Shown in pieces: positions 1 through 10,576 of a stretch of DNA of 64,000 bases (position 1 is its first letter; each line of letters begins with the position of its first letter). A program made the translations under genes and the position numbers. The DNA comes from Acidobacteriota bacterium. GTDB lineage: Bacteria; Acidobacteriota; UBA890; WLXD01. The DNA lies in NCBI GenBank assembly GCA_965248695.1, contig CBDFKD010000002.1, positions 2,176,001 to 2,240,000 on the forward strand, read 5' to 3'. Under the pieces are notes generated by a model, which was not told the origin of the DNA, ran no database searches, and saw only the letters and a program-made list of their open reading frames with translations.

Positions 1-460
1 GATCGTCAACCGGGAGCACCAGCCGGTTCTCGGTCGGTGTCGCGAACGCCGCCACACCCTCCGGCAGGAAGAACGGCAGGATGTGCGTCTGCTCGAAGTC
101 CTGGTGGGTCTGATAAAAGATGATCGGCATGCGCTCCGACAGCTGGTGGTTGAGCTTGCGCGCGACGCGCTGGTACGCATCCTCGGCAAACGCCACCACG
201 TCGTCGAGATGCTGCTCTTCCTCCGGGTAGTAATAGACGTCGAAATGCGGCGCCGTGTACTTCCAGAAATCGAACGACTCGTAGGTGACCTTGTTCCTAC
301 CGAAGTAGCTGCTGTAGGGCGTGTTGATCATCTGCCCGGCAGCCTGTGGAGCGAGCGTGACCAAGAGCCCGAGGGCGATCACCACGATGAGTCTGGTGCG
401 CGCAACGGTCAGCGGCGCAGCGCTCGAGAGAACCTGGACTAGGGCTTTTTGAGTGGGCAT
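1..460 (-). CDS. N-terminal part (truncated by window edge) of a secreted peptidase-MA-like / PD40 / BamA-type outer-membrane protein
   Basis: Not in the ORF track. Hand translation from ATG 460 gives MPTQKALVQ...LIVVIALGLLVTLAPQAAGQ (signal peptide), then YFGRNKVTYESFDFWKYTAPHFDVYYYP...EQTHILPFFLPEGVAAFA, the N-terminal motif of this family. Frame is open to base 1. Confidence 0.7.
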   Translation of the reverse strand, partial: MPTQKALVQVLSSAAPLTVARTRLIVVIALGLLVTLAPQAAGQMINTPYSSYFGRNKVTYESFDFWKYTAPHFDVYYYPEEEQHLDDVVAFAEDAYQRVARKLNHQLSERMPIIFYQTHQDFEQTHILPFFLPEGVAAFATPTENRLVLPVDD

Positions 461-479
461 GGGCGGAGCCTCCCTGGGC

Positions 480-1520
480 TCAATAGATCAAGTAACGGCT
501 CTGCTCCGAGCGTCGGGGCGTGATGGCGTCGAGCAGCTGCGGCAGTAGCTGCTCGAACGTCTCGAATACGGCGTCCGAATTCGACACCGACTCGTCGGCA
601 GGGAAGGAGGTTTCGGCTTCGAGCGTTCCATCAAGCAGTCGAGAGCCGTCCTCGCCGCGGAGCACGAGGTAATCGTAGGTGAGCTTGTAGGCGACGTTGT
701 CCTGGAATCGGGCGACCTCACGTATCTGGCCGTCTGGAGAGCGGATGCGCTCACGCACCATCTCCGAGCGGGGCTCGGAGATCAGCCCGATTGCCCCAGT
801 CAGGACCAGATCCGCCTCGGCAGCCTCGGCACGCCCCACCCAGTAGTCGGCGTCATCGAGAATGCCCGTGCCGCGTTGCGCCCGATCTATCGGCTGCTCC
901 AGCTGGTCCTGGGTCTCGAAGAACGTGCGCTGGGTGATGCGGCGGCGCAGGTAGCGCACCGCCATATCGTTGAGGTTGGCCTCTGAATCGTCGCGCCGCA
1001 CGAAGTTGCCCACCAGGATGCGGTTGTAGCCGGCCAGATTGGGACCCTGATCCGGAACAGAGATCATGATCTCCAGGAAGCCGAGTGTCGGCTCGGCCCC
1101 TTCGTATTCCTGGCTGACGACGCCCGTCGGGTCCTCCGCCGCGAGCTCCTCGGCGATCGCCTCTGCGTCCACCATCTCGTCGGAGTCGATGCGCTCCCAG
1201 ATGGGCAAGAACTGCCGATGGTTGCGCAGGACGTAGAACCGCTCGTCGGGCCCGGCCAGTTCGAGGGCCTGGTCGTAGTAGTCCTTGGCGTCGTCGAACT
1301 CACCCTCACGCTCATGGCGCACGGCGAGGTTGTTGAGGGCGCGTGTGTTCACGCTGGCGACGGCCAGCGCCTTCTGCCAGCGGAATGAGGCCTCTTCCCA
1401 GTAGCCGTTGTCGGCGGCCATGGCCCCTGAGCGGGTCTGGTTATCTGGCCGCTCTACCGTGCCGGCACAGGCGATGCCGACACCCAAGAGCAGAACTGTG
1501 GCGACGGCGCGGGCGCGCAT
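480..1520 (-). CDS. TPR-containing lipoprotein with C-terminal CsgG/FlgO-like alpha/beta domain
   Basis: Start chosen at MRARAVATVLLLGVGIAC (lipobox). TPR motif ALNNLAVRHEREGEFDDAKDYYDQAL; C-terminal ADLVLTG motif. Confidence 0.6.
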   Translation of the reverse strand: MRARAVATVLLLGVGIACAGTVERPDNQTRSGAMAADNGYWEEASFRWQKALAVASVNTRALNNLAVRHEREGEFDDAKDYYDQALELAGPDERFYVLRNHRQFLPIWERIDSDEMVDAEAIAEELAAEDPTGVVSQEYEGAEPTLGFLEIMISVPDQGPNLAGYNRILVGNFVRRDDSEANLNDMAVRYLRRRITQRTFFETQDQLEQPIDRAQRGTGILDDADYWVGRAEAAEADLVLTGAIGLISEPRSEMVRERIRSPDGQIREVARFQDNVAYKLTYDYLVLRGEDGSRLLDGTLEAETSFPADESVSNSDAVFETFEQLLPQLLDAITPRRSEQSRYLIY

Positions 1521-1785
1521 CTCGCCATACGTCGCGGTTGGCCGCCGATGAATAGTCGTCTGGCGATTGGGAGACATATGCCTCCGGCCTGTCGGACGAA
1601 GAGGGCGCGGGCAGGGCTGACTGCCATCGCGGCGAGACGGCCTACCAAGGGGACCCGGAACGAACTGCTGTGTTGACAAGGATTGAGTCTACCGATCCGT
1701 AGCTAGCGCCCGCAAGCGACGCCCGTGGCCAAACCCACACTCTGGCGCCGCGCCTGTCGCCGGTCGGTGTCCGTCCCCTGGTGGC

Positions 1786-2730
1786 ATGAGGCCTGTGCCA
1801 GGGCGCCGGTGCGCCGGCGGCGATGACCCACCAGGGCATCTGCGCGCATCTACTATCCATCGCGGCCACAGTTCCTATCCGGAGCTCCTCGACGCTATCT
1901 TCGATGCACCCGGACAGCTCTTCGTCAGGGGGTGCCTGCCCGTCCGTCCCTGTGTGGCCGTGGTCGGATCACGCGCCTGCTCTGCCTATGGCCGCAAGGT
2001 GGCCACAGCACTGGGAGCGGATCTTGCGCGCGCCGGCTTGGCGGTGGTCTCTGGTCTGGCTCGCGGTATCGACGCCGCCGCCCACCGCGGCTGTCTCGAG
2101 GTCGGGGGCAGCACCGTCGCCGTGCTTCCCGGTGGCTTGTATCCCGTGTACCCGCGACGACATCGGGCGATGGCGCGCCGAATCGCGGCCTCCGGCGCGC
2201 TGGTGGCGGAGCACGAGCCCGGGACGCAGGTCGGCCGCTGGCACTTCCCGAAGCGCAACCGAATCATCGCCGGGTTGTCGTGGGCGACCGTCGTTGTCGA
2301 GGCCGCTGCCCGCAGTGGGGCGCGCATCACCGCCGGGCTGGCGCTCGAGTACGGCCGCGAGGTTCTCATGGTGCCGGGACCGATCACCTCGACGACCTCC
2401 GCCGGCTGCCACGCCCTGCTCGCCGACGGCGCCCACCCATGTACCGGGGTGGCAGATATCCTCGACCATCTGCCCGCAGCAGTGTCCGCCGGGCTGCAAC
2501 TGCCCGCTCCATCCACGCCCGGCGCGCTCGGCCCGGGCGAACGGGAACTGCTCGAGTTGTTACGCTGCCAGGGAAACCTCACCGCTTCGGATGTCTCGCG
2601 GCGGCTTGGAAGTGCAGGCGCTAGTCCGCATACTGCCGGGCGGCAGGATCGAGTCCTGCTAGAATCAGCCGCCGTCCGACGGGCCGTGCGCCCGCCCAGT
2701 GTCGGGCTAGCATCGGAAGAATCACCATGA
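1786..2730 (+). CDS. dprA: DNA-processing protein DprA (no N-terminal SAM domain; C-terminal winged helix apparently frameshifted, natural stop probably 2662)
   Basis: VAVVGSR, VVSGLARGIDAAAH, FPKRNRIIAGLS, VVVEAAARSGARITA motifs; sits upstream of topA. Confidence 0.92.
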   Translation: MRPVPGRRCAGGDDPPGHLRASTIHRGHSSYPELLDAIFDAPGQLFVRGCLPVRPCVAVVGSRACSAYGRKVATALGADLARAGLAVVSGLARGIDAAAHRGCLEVGGSTVAVLPGGLYPVYPRRHRAMARRIAASGALVAEHEPGTQVGRWHFPKRNRIIAGLSWATVVVEAAARSGARITAGLALEYGREVLMVPGPITSTTSAGCHALLADGAHPCTGVADILDHLPAAVSAGLQLPAPSTPGALGPGERELLELLRCQGNLTASDVSRRLGSAGASPHTAGRQDRVLLESAAVRRAVRPPSVGLASEESP

Positions 2731-5387
2731 CCACGCGTCTCGTCATAGTCGAATCGCCGACCAAGGCTAAAACGCTGTCGAAATTCCTCGGCTCCGAGTT
2801 CATCGTCGAGTCGAGCGTCGGGCACATCCGTGACTTGCCTGCCAACGCCGCAGAGATCCCGAAGCAGTACAAGGGAGAGCCGTGGGCGCGGCTTGGCGTA
2901 CAGGTCGAGGAGGCCTTCAAGCCACTCTACGTCGTGCAGCCGGCGAAAAAATCGACCATCGCAGAGCTCAAGCGTGCTCTCAAGAACGCCGACGAGCTGT
3001 TGCTGGCTACGGATGAGGATCGCGAGGGCGAGGCGATCAGCTGGCATCTGATCGAAGTTCTTCAGCCGAAAGTGCCCGTACGTCGCATGGTCTTCCACGA
3101 GATCACGCGGCGGGCCGTCCAGGAATCGCTCGCCCATACCCGTGAGCTCGATCGCAACCTCGTGGAAGCGCAGGAAGCAAGGCGCATCATCGACCGCCTG
3201 TATGGCTATCTGGTGTCACCGGTGCTCTGGCGCAAGGTCGCACCGCGGCTGTCCGCAGGGCGGGTGCAGAGCGTCGCGATCCGCATGCTGGTGGAGCGCG
3301 AGCGCGCCCGCATGCGATTCCGCGCCGCCGAGTACTGGGATCTGACCGCAGAGTTCACCACCGGTGCCGGCGATACGTTCGCAGGTCGACTGCAGACGCT
3401 GGAGGGTGCTCGGCTGGCCCGCAGCAGCAACTTCGATCCCGACACGGGGAAGCTGAAAGACGAGTCCATTCGCATGCTCGATGCGGAGACCGCAGCGACC
3501 CTGGCGACCGAGCTCCGTGGAGAGACATACCGCATCGACGGTATGGAGGAGCAGCCTTTCAAGCGCTCGCCGGCGCCGCCGTTCACCACTTCGACTCTGC
3601 AGCAGGAAGCCAACCGCAAGTTCCGTTTCCACGCCCGCCGCACGATGCGCGCGGCTCAGCGGCTCTACGAGAACGGCTTCATTACCTACATGAGGACCGA
3701 CTCGGTGACCCTGTCGAGCGAGGCGCTCGAGCAGACTCGCGCCAACATCGCTGAAAGGTATGGTGCCGAGTACCTGCCCGATGCGCCACGCGTCTTTCGC
3801 AACAAGGTGAAGAACGCGCAGGAAGCCCACGAGGCGATCCGCCCCGCCGGTAGCCGTCTGGTGCCGGTCGCCGAGGTGCGGGCTGCCCTGAGTGAGGACG
3901 AGGCCCGTCTGTACGACCTGATCTGGAAGCGGACGATGGCGTCACAGATGCCCGACGCCAAGGGACGCCGGATGACGGTGCACGTCGCCGCCACCGGACC
4001 ACGTGAAGCGCGCTTCGTCTCGCACGGCAGCGTGATCGATTTTCCCGGTTTCCTGCGCGCTTACATCGAGGGACGAGCAGATCGCGTAGAGGCCCTGGCG
4101 GATCTCGACCGCCTGCTGCCGCCGATGAGCGTCGATGACGAGGTGCTGGCCGCCCTCAGCACGGAGGACCATCGCACAACACCACCGCGTCGACTGACCG
4201 AGGCCGGGCTGGTCAAAGCGCTGGAAGAGTCCGGCGTCGGGCGACCGAGCACCTACGCATCGATCATCGACACCATCGAGCGGCGTGAGTACACCTTCCG
4301 CAAGGGCAATGCTCTGGTGCCGACGTTCACCGCGTTCGCGGTGGTGAAGCTGATGGAGGACCACCTCGAGCACCTAATCGATATCGAATTCACGGCGCGC
4401 ATGGAGAATCGCCTGGACATGATCTCGCGTGGCGAACGCGAGCCGTTGCCATACCTCAACGAGTTCTATTTCGGCAACGGCATGCCCGGGCTCAAGTCGC
4501 TGATCGAGAACAAGGTCGAGGAGATCGATCCGCGGCAAGTGTGCTCGATTCCTCTCGGCGAGGACGAAGAGGGTCGAGAGATCATCGTCCGCGTCGGCCG
4601 CTACGGCCCTTTCCTGCAGCGCGGCGACCTGACCGCCAACATCCCCGACAAGGTCTGTCCGGACGAGCTCCTGGTCGAGCGCGCCACGGAGCTCATCGAC
4701 GACGCCCAGAAGGGCGACGAGCCAATCGGTCATCACCCCGAATCCGAGCTGCCCGTGTACGTCAAGGTGGGGCGCTACGGGCCCTACGTTCAACTGGGTG
4801 ACCCGGACCCCGATACCAAGACCAAACCCAAGATGGTGTCGCTGCTGAAAGGAATGTCGCCTGCCGAGGTGTCGTTCGACGTCGCTCTCGAGTTGCTGAA
4901 GTTGCCCAAGGTGGTGGGGCAGGACGCCGCGGGGGAGGACATCGTCGTCCATCTCGGTCGCTATGGCCCATATATCAAGCGCGGCACCGATACCCGCAGC
5001 CTGACCGACGACGACAGCGTGCTGAACCTGCCGCTGCAGCGCGCGCTCGAGCTGCTGGCGCAGGAAAAGAGGCGTGGTCGAGCCGCTGCCAAACAGATCA
5101 AGATTTTCGAGAACGTCGAGCAGCTCGACGGCACGAGCGTCAAGTTGCTGGAAGGTCGCTACGGTCCGTACGTCACCGACGGCGAGATCAACGCCTCGCT
5201 GCCGAAGGACATGACCGAGCCCGCCGAGCTGTCGCTCGAGCAGGCGCTCGAGCTCTTGGAAAGACGTCGAGAACGCGGCCCGGCGCGTCGGAAGAAGAAA
5301 GCCAAGCGCAAGGTCAAGAAAAAGACCAAGAAGAAGACCGCCAAGAAGAAGACTGCCAAGAAGAAGACCGCGAAGAAGAAGGCTTGA
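2727..5387 (+). CDS. topA: DNA topoisomerase I with C-terminal (V/E)GRYGPY repeats and Lys-rich tail
   Basis: LVIVESPTKAK, ATDEDREGEAI, SAGRVQS, ITYMRTDS (catalytic Tyr), AQEAHEAIRP; four GRYGP repeats. Confidence 0.98.
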   Translation: MTTRLVIVESPTKAKTLSKFLGSEFIVESSVGHIRDLPANAAEIPKQYKGEPWARLGVQVEEAFKPLYVVQPAKKSTIAELKRALKNADELLLATDEDREGEAISWHLIEVLQPKVPVRRMVFHEITRRAVQESLAHTRELDRNLVEAQEARRIIDRLYGYLVSPVLWRKVAPRLSAGRVQSVAIRMLVERERARMRFRAAEYWDLTAEFTTGAGDTFAGRLQTLEGARLARSSNFDPDTGKLKDESIRMLDAETAATLATELRGETYRIDGMEEQPFKRSPAPPFTTSTLQQEANRKFRFHARRTMRAAQRLYENGFITYMRTDSVTLSSEALEQTRANIAERYGAEYLPDAPRVFRNKVKNAQEAHEAIRPAGSRLVPVAEVRAALSEDEARLYDLIWKRTMASQMPDAKGRRMTVHVAATGPREARFVSHGSVIDFPGFLRAYIEGRADRVEALADLDRLLPPMSVDDEVLAALSTEDHRTTPPRRLTEAGLVKALEESGVGRPSTYASIIDTIERREYTFRKGNALVPTFTAFAVVKLMEDHLEHLIDIEFTARMENRLDMISRGEREPLPYLNEFYFGNGMPGLKSLIENKVEEIDPRQVCSIPLGEDEEGREIIVRVGRYGPFLQRGDLTANIPDKVCPDELLVERATELIDDAQKGDEPIGHHPESELPVYVKVGRYGPYVQLGDPDPDTKTKPKMVSLLKGMSPAEVSFDVALELLKLPKVVGQDAAGEDIVVHLGRYGPYIKRGTDTRSLTDDDSVLNLPLQRALELLAQEKRRGRAAAKQIKIFENVEQLDGTSVKLLEGRYGPYVTDGEINASLPKDMTEPAELSLEQALELLERRRERGPARRKKKAKRKVKKKTKKKTAKKKTAKKKTAKKKA
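5326..5384 (+). repeat. 15-bp tandem repeat encoding the KKKTA tail of TopA
   Basis: aagaagaagac(c/t)gc(c/g) units read directly. Confidence 0.8.
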
Positions 5388-5442
5388 GCCTCCGTTTCGC
5401 CGCCCGTTGCGTGCAGGTTCGTCCCGTTCGGACTTCCGGCCG

Positions 5443-6807
5443 ATGAGCACGGATCACGTGGTCACCGTCGTCGGCGGCGGCATGGCCGGTTCGGAGGCCG
5501 CCTGGCAGCTTGCCCGGCGCGGCATCCGTGTACGCCTACACGAGATGCGGCCTGTCAGGTCTACCCCGGTCCACAAGAGCGACTACCTGGCCGAGATGGT
5601 GTGCAGCAATTCGTTGCGTTCCGACGGCCTCGACAACGCCGTTGGGCTTCTGCACGAGGAGATGCGACATCTGGGGTCGCTTTTCATGGCTGCAGGAGAC
5701 GACAACCGGGTTCCTGCCGGCAAGGCCCTGGCGGTCGATCGCTGGAAGTTCGCCCGCCACATCACCACCTCGCTCGAGGCTGCCGAGGGAGTGGAGATCG
5801 TCCGCGAAGAAGTGCGCCAGATCCCGACCGGGCCGACGATCATCGCGACAGGACCGCTGACATCGGAGTCGCTGGGCGAATCGATCCAAGAATTCGCCGG
5901 CGCTGAGGATCTCTACTTCTACGACGCCGTATCGCCTATTGTTCGCGCCGAATCGGTGGATCGCGAGCGGTCATTCCTCGCCAGCCGTTACGATAAGGGT
6001 GGTGCCGACTACCTGAACTGCCCGATGACGGAAACGGAGTTCGACCGCTTCTATGACGCCCTCATGGCCGCCGACCTCGCACCGCTGCAGGCGTTCGAAG
6101 AGGGGCTCTTCTTCGAGGGTTGCCTACCGGTCGAGGAGCAGGGGCGGCGCGGACGCAAGACCCTCCTGTTCGGCCCCATGAAGCCGGTTGGATTGGTCGA
6201 CCCCAGGACCGGGCAGCGCCCGTTCGCGGTGGTACAGCTCCGGCAGGACGACCTTGCCGCCGAGCACTACTCGCTGGTGGGTTTCCAGACGCGCATGAAA
6301 TGGGGCGAACAGGACCGCGTGTTGCGCCTCATTCCGGCGCTCGAGAACGTCGAGTTCGTGCGTTTCGGCGTGGTGCACCGCAACACCTACATCAACGCTC
6401 CCCGCCTGCTGGCCGAGACACTGCAAACGCGGGCACGCGGCGACCTCTTCTTCGCCGGCCAGGTCGCCGGCACAGAGGGCTATGTCGAATCGGCGGCCGG
6501 CGGCCTGCTGGCAGGAATCTACTGCAGCATGCTGCTGCTCGACGGCGAGATCGAGCCTGTACCGCGGACCACGGCCCTCGGCTCTTTGGCGTTCTATATG
6601 AGCCACGCTAGCGCGGTAAACTATCAGCCGACGAACATAACCTTCGGCATCATGCCGGAGCTCGACGAGCCGACGCGCGGGCGCCGCAATCGTAAACAAC
6701 GCCGTGAGGCACGCTCGCGCCGAGCGCTCGACGAGCTCGACAAGTGGATCGACGGTGTCGGCGACCGGCTGCGGCTCGCCGCAGTCGTCCGGCGCGCGAT
6801 CCGCTGA
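5443..6807 (+). CDS. trmFO: Folate-dependent tRNA (uracil-5-)-methyltransferase TrmFO
   Basis: VVGGGMAGSEAAWQLA, EMVCSNS, FFEGCLPVE, LVGFQTRMK, FGVVHRNTY, AGQVAGTEGYVES. Confidence 0.97.
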   Translation: MSTDHVVTVVGGGMAGSEAAWQLARRGIRVRLHEMRPVRSTPVHKSDYLAEMVCSNSLRSDGLDNAVGLLHEEMRHLGSLFMAAGDDNRVPAGKALAVDRWKFARHITTSLEAAEGVEIVREEVRQIPTGPTIIATGPLTSESLGESIQEFAGAEDLYFYDAVSPIVRAESVDRERSFLASRYDKGGADYLNCPMTETEFDRFYDALMAADLAPLQAFEEGLFFEGCLPVEEQGRRGRKTLLFGPMKPVGLVDPRTGQRPFAVVQLRQDDLAAEHYSLVGFQTRMKWGEQDRVLRLIPALENVEFVRFGVVHRNTYINAPRLLAETLQTRARGDLFFAGQVAGTEGYVESAAGGLLAGIYCSMLLLDGEIEPVPRTTALGSLAFYMSHASAVNYQPTNITFGIMPELDEPTRGRRNRKQRREARSRRALDELDKWIDGVGDRLRLAAVVRRAIR

Positions 6808-6812
6808 CGAGG

Positions 6813-7427
6813 ATGAACATGTCAACGACCGTTCGGCCCGCCGTCCTCATCTTCGCGGTAGGAGCGCTCGCGTTCTCACTGGGCTACGTGGCTTTCCCGC
6901 ACTCAGAGGACGAGCACGTTCCGGGCCTCGGGAGCAACCTCACGCGGCTGACACTCGACCCCGGTGCTACGGCACCGGCTTTCGTCGTGACGCGCCTCGA
7001 CGGTTCGACCCTGGGATCAACGGATCTCGAGGGCAAGATCATCGTCGTCGATTTCTGGGCTACCTGGTGCGCTCCGTGCCTCACCGAGATCCCGCACTAC
7101 AACAGCCTGCACGAGGAGTACGCCGGCCAGGGCGTGGAAATGCTCGGCATCACGCTACAGTCCGGTAGCTCGGAACAGGTCAGCGAGTGGATCTCCCGGC
7201 CGATTCGCGTCGGCACACAGGAGTTCTCGCTCGACTACCCCGTGGTGATGGGTAACGCGGACATCGAAGCCTCCTGGGGGCCGATTTACGGATTTCCGAT
7301 GACCTACCTGGTCGATTCAGAGTGGAAGATCCGCAAGAAGTGGCTGGGCGCGGTGGCGAACAAGAGCGAGCAACTTCGGTATCTGATCGACGAACTTCTC
7401 GCCGAGCGCGCCGACGCCAGCAGCTGA
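6813..7427 (+). CDS. Membrane-anchored TlpA/ResA-family thiol-disulfide oxidoreductase
   Basis: N-terminal TM helix, VDFWATWCAPC, cis-Pro motif GFPMTYLVD. Confidence 0.9.
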   Translation: MNMSTTVRPAVLIFAVGALAFSLGYVAFPHSEDEHVPGLGSNLTRLTLDPGATAPAFVVTRLDGSTLGSTDLEGKIIVVDFWATWCAPCLTEIPHYNSLHEEYAGQGVEMLGITLQSGSSEQVSEWISRPIRVGTQEFSLDYPVVMGNADIEASWGPIYGFPMTYLVDSEWKIRKKWLGAVANKSEQLRYLIDELLAERADASS

Positions 7428-7478
7428 GCGGCGCGTGCCGAAGCGCGAGCGCATGACGCGGCTCGGAGGCAGAGCGGC

Positions 7479-8528
7479 GTGTTGGCGACCGCGGAGCGGC
7501 CCATGAGCGGTGCTTGTCTGGTCGGGCGCGATCAGTTCCTCCAGTCGTTGCACCTGGAGGCCGCCGCTTCCGACCATACGGTGCGCGCGTATCGAACGGA
7601 TCTCGACCAGTTCGCCGCTTTCCTGCAGGCATGGGAGGCCGGAGAAGAGACAGACTATCGCGGCAATCGACCCGAGCGCCAGCACGGAACCCCCTCCCGC
7701 CTGGATGCTGCGGCGATCACCGCCGCATCTGTTCGCGCCTGGGCGGCTCGCATGCACGCGGCGCAGCTGTCGCCGGTCACCGTCGGGCGAAAGCTGGCGG
7801 CGGTACGTTCGTTCACCAGCTACCTGTGTCGCGAGGGCGTGCTGACTGCCAACCCGGCGCGCCTGGTGCACAACCCGAAGGTCGCACAAAGGTCACCGGC
7901 GTTCCTCACCGAGAGCGAGGTCGCCACATTGTTGGAGTTCGACGACGATTCGGCTGTCGGAACCCGCGACCGGGCCGCCCTCGAGCTCCTTTACGCCACC
8001 GGTCTGCGCGCCAGCGAGCTGTCCGGACTCGAGGTCGACGATATCGACGCCAGTGCGCGGTGCCTGCGCGTTGTCGGCAAGGGAGACAAGGAGCGCATTG
8101 TCCCGTTCGGCGAGCCCGCCGCCATGGCTCTGTGCGCCTGGCTCCCGATTCGCCAGCAGTGGCTCGACCGCCCGCCGAAGATCGGACCCACCGCGGCCAC
8201 CGTGCGCACCGACGCCAAGGGGGCGCTGCTGCTGAGTCAACGAGGCCGTCGACTCGACACGCCGGCGTTGCGGCGGATACTGGCACGGCGCCTCGGCGAG
8301 TCAGCGATGACGAAGCGAGTTACCCCGCACGCCCTGCGACATTCGTTCGCTACCCATCTGCTGAATGCTGGCGCTGACCTACGCGCCATACAGGAGCTCC
8401 TGGGTCACGCTTCTCTTGCCACCACGCAGCGCTACACGCACCTGTCGACCCGACAGCTACAGGAGGTGTACCGGAGCTCGCATCCGCGTGCCAAGCGACG
8501 CGATGCCAGCTCTCGGCCGACCCGGTAG
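7479..8528 (+). CDS. xerC: Tyrosine recombinase XerC
   Basis: ELLYATGLRASE, GKGDKER, TPHALRHSFATHLL, LLGHASLATTQRYTH; canonical trmFO-xerC-hslVU order. Start may be ATG 7503. Confidence 0.92.
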   Translation: MLATAERPMSGACLVGRDQFLQSLHLEAAASDHTVRAYRTDLDQFAAFLQAWEAGEETDYRGNRPERQHGTPSRLDAAAITAASVRAWAARMHAAQLSPVTVGRKLAAVRSFTSYLCREGVLTANPARLVHNPKVAQRSPAFLTESEVATLLEFDDDSAVGTRDRAALELLYATGLRASELSGLEVDDIDASARCLRVVGKGDKERIVPFGEPAAMALCAWLPIRQQWLDRPPKIGPTAATVRTDAKGALLLSQRGRRLDTPALRRILARRLGESAMTKRVTPHALRHSFATHLLNAGADLRAIQELLGHASLATTQRYTHLSTRQLQEVYRSSHPRAKRRDASSRPTR

Positions 8529-8564
8529 TTCGCCAGGGGCCGACCCGCAGCCGCCGCGGCCCCT

Positions 8565-8573
8565 TGCTACAAT
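8565..8573 (+). promoter_or_regulatory. Extended -10 promoter (TGcTACAAT) 6 nt before the hslV ATG; probable leaderless transcript
   Basis: TGCTACAAT-cggcac-ATG; no SD sequence. Confidence 0.6.
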
Positions 8574-8579
8574 CGGCAC

Positions 8580-9125
8580 ATGACGAGTCGGTTTCACGGC
8601 ACCACGATCTGCTGCGTTCGAATCGGCAACCACGTGGCTATGGGCGGCGACGGCCAGGTGACGCTGGAGCACACGGTCATGAAGGCCGGCGCCCGCAAGG
8701 TCCGCCGCATGTACAACGACGCCGTGCTAGCAGGCTTCGCCGGCTCAGCCGCCGACGGGTTGGCGCTCTTCACCCGCTTCGAGGCGAAGCTCGAGAGCTT
8801 CAACGGCAACCTGCGCCGTGCCGCTGTGGAGCTGAGCGGCGAGTGGAGGATCGACAAGAGCCTGCGGCACCTTCAGGCCTTGCTTGTGGTCGCCGACGCT
8901 GAAACATCGATCCTGTTGTCAGGCACCGGGGACGTCATCGAGCCAGACGACGGTATCCTCGTGATCGGCTCGGGCGGTTCGGTGGCCCTGGCTGCGGCGC
9001 GCGCGTTGATCGCCCATACCGAGCTCGCCGCCGAACGGATCGTGCGTGAAGCGCTGCTGACCGCCGCCAGCATCGACATCTACACCAACGACAATATCCG
9101 GGTCGAAGTGTTGGAGTCACCGTGA
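8580..9125 (+). CDS. hslV: ATP-dependent protease peptidase subunit HslV
   Basis: HGTTI (N-terminal Thr nucleophile), [18 protein letters not shown]. Confidence 0.98.
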   Translation: MTSRFHGTTICCVRIGNHVAMGGDGQVTLEHTVMKAGARKVRRMYNDAVLAGFAGSAADGLALFTRFEAKLESFNGNLRRAAVELSGEWRIDKSLRHLQALLVVADAETSILLSGTGDVIEPDDGILVIGSGGSVALAAARALIAHTELAAERIVREALLTAASIDIYTNDNIRVEVLESP

Positions 9126-9178
9126 CTCCGGCGCGTATCGGCACATCCAGGCGGCCGCGGCCGCGCGCCCAATAGTCC

Positions 9179-10576
9179 ATGGCCATCACACTGCCCGAAA
9201 AGCTCGAGCCCGGTGCGGAGAGCGTCGACGACCTCACGCCAAGGCAGATCGTGGAATTGCTCGATCGGTACGTTATCGGTCAGCGCGCTGCCAAGCGTGC
9301 GGTGGCAATCGCCATCCGCAACCGCTTCCGGCGGCTGCGTCTGCCCGACGACCTGGTCGACGAGGTAGCGCCGAAGAACATATTGATGATCGGTCCAACG
9401 GGCGTCGGCAAGACCGAGATATCCAGGCGCCTGTCGCGTTTGACCGGCTCGCCATTCCTCAAGGTCGAGGCAACCAAGTTCACCGAGGTGGGCTACGTAG
9501 GCCGCGACGTGGAATCGATGGTGCGCGACCTGCTGGACATCGCCATCGACATGGTGCGACAGGAGCATGCGGCCGCCGTAGAGGTCCAGGCCCGACGTCA
9601 GGCGGAGGATCAGCTGCTCGACGTGCTGTTGCCACCGGCGCCCGTGGTCCGGCCGGCGGACGAGGCCGCCGAGCCCGCCGCCACACGCCGTGCCACCCGG
9701 GAGAAGATCCGCGACCAGCTGCTCGCCGGAGCGCTCGACGAGCGGATGGTAGAGGTCGACGTTCCCGATGGCCGGGCGCCGTCGTTCCAGGTGTTCACCG
9801 GTCAGGGTAGCGACACGATGGACGTCAACCTGAAGGACATGTTGCCGGGCATGTTCGGCAGTGGCCGTGGCAACACCAAACGGCGACGGATGTCGGTGCC
9901 CGAAGCGCTCGAGCACCTCACACGCGAGGCCGCCGCGACCCTCATCGATGATGACGAGGTCATCCGCGAGGCGCTCGAGCGAGCCGAATCCTCGGGAATT
10001 ATCTTCCTCGACGAGATCGACAAGATCGCGGGGCGGGAAGGTGCAGGAGGACCGGAAGTTTCACGCGAGGGCGTCCAGCGCGACATCTTGCCTATCGTCG
10101 AGGGTACGGTCGTCAAGACTCGCAACGGCATGATCCGCACTGACCACATCCTCTTCCTCGCCGCCGGTGCTTTTCACGTCTCCAAACCGAGCGATCTCAT
10201 ACCCGAGCTCCAGGGCCGGTTTCCACTGCGCGTCGAGCTCGACGCACTGGGACGCAACGACCTGGTGCGTATTCTCACGGAGCCGGAGAACTCGCTCGTG
10301 CGGCAGTATTGCGCGTTGCTCGCCACCGAGGACGTGCATGTGGAGTTCACCGATGACGCCATCGAGACCATCGCCGAGCTTGCCGAGACGGTAAACGAGC
10401 GCACTGAGAACATCGGGGCGCGCCGACTCCACACGATGATGGAGAAAGTCGTGGAGGAGCTGTCGTTCGAAGCGCCGGAACGCGGCGGAGAGTCCATCAC
10501 CATCGATGCGGAGTACGTCCAGAACGCGCTCGCCGACACCGTCCAGGACGAGGACCTGTCGAGGTACATCCTGTGA
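9179..10576 (+). CDS. hslU: ATP-dependent protease ATPase subunit HslU
   Basis: [34 protein letters not shown]-terminal DLSRYIL. Confidence 0.98.
   Translation: MAITLPEKLEPGAESVDDLTPRQIVELLDRYVIGQRAAKRAVAIAIRNRFRRLRLPDDLVDEVAPKNILMIGPTGVGKTEISRRLSRLTGSPFLKVEATKFTEVGYVGRDVESMVRDLLDIAIDMVRQEHAAAVEVQARRQAEDQLLDVLLPPAPVVRPADEAAEPAATRRATREKIRDQLLAGALDERMVEVDVPDGRAPSFQVFTGQGSDTMDVNLKDMLPGMFGSGRGNTKRRRMSVPEALEHLTREAAATLIDDDEVIREALERAESSGIIFLDEIDKIAGREGAGGPEVSREGVQRDILPIVEGTVVKTRNGMIRTDHILFLAAGAFHVSKPSDLIPELQGRFPLRVELDALGRNDLVRILTEPENSLVRQYCALLATEDVHVEFTDDAIETIAELAETVNERTENIGARRLHTMMEKVVEELSFEAPERGGESITIDAEYVQNALADTVQDEDLSRYIL

Noticed and set aside
83-442. 119-aa + strand ORF
   Set aside because: Shadow of the real minus-strand gene at 1..460.
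7479-8528. Tyrosine recombinase as a phage or island integrase
   Set aside because: Canonical trmFO-xerC-hslVU context; no att site or cargo.
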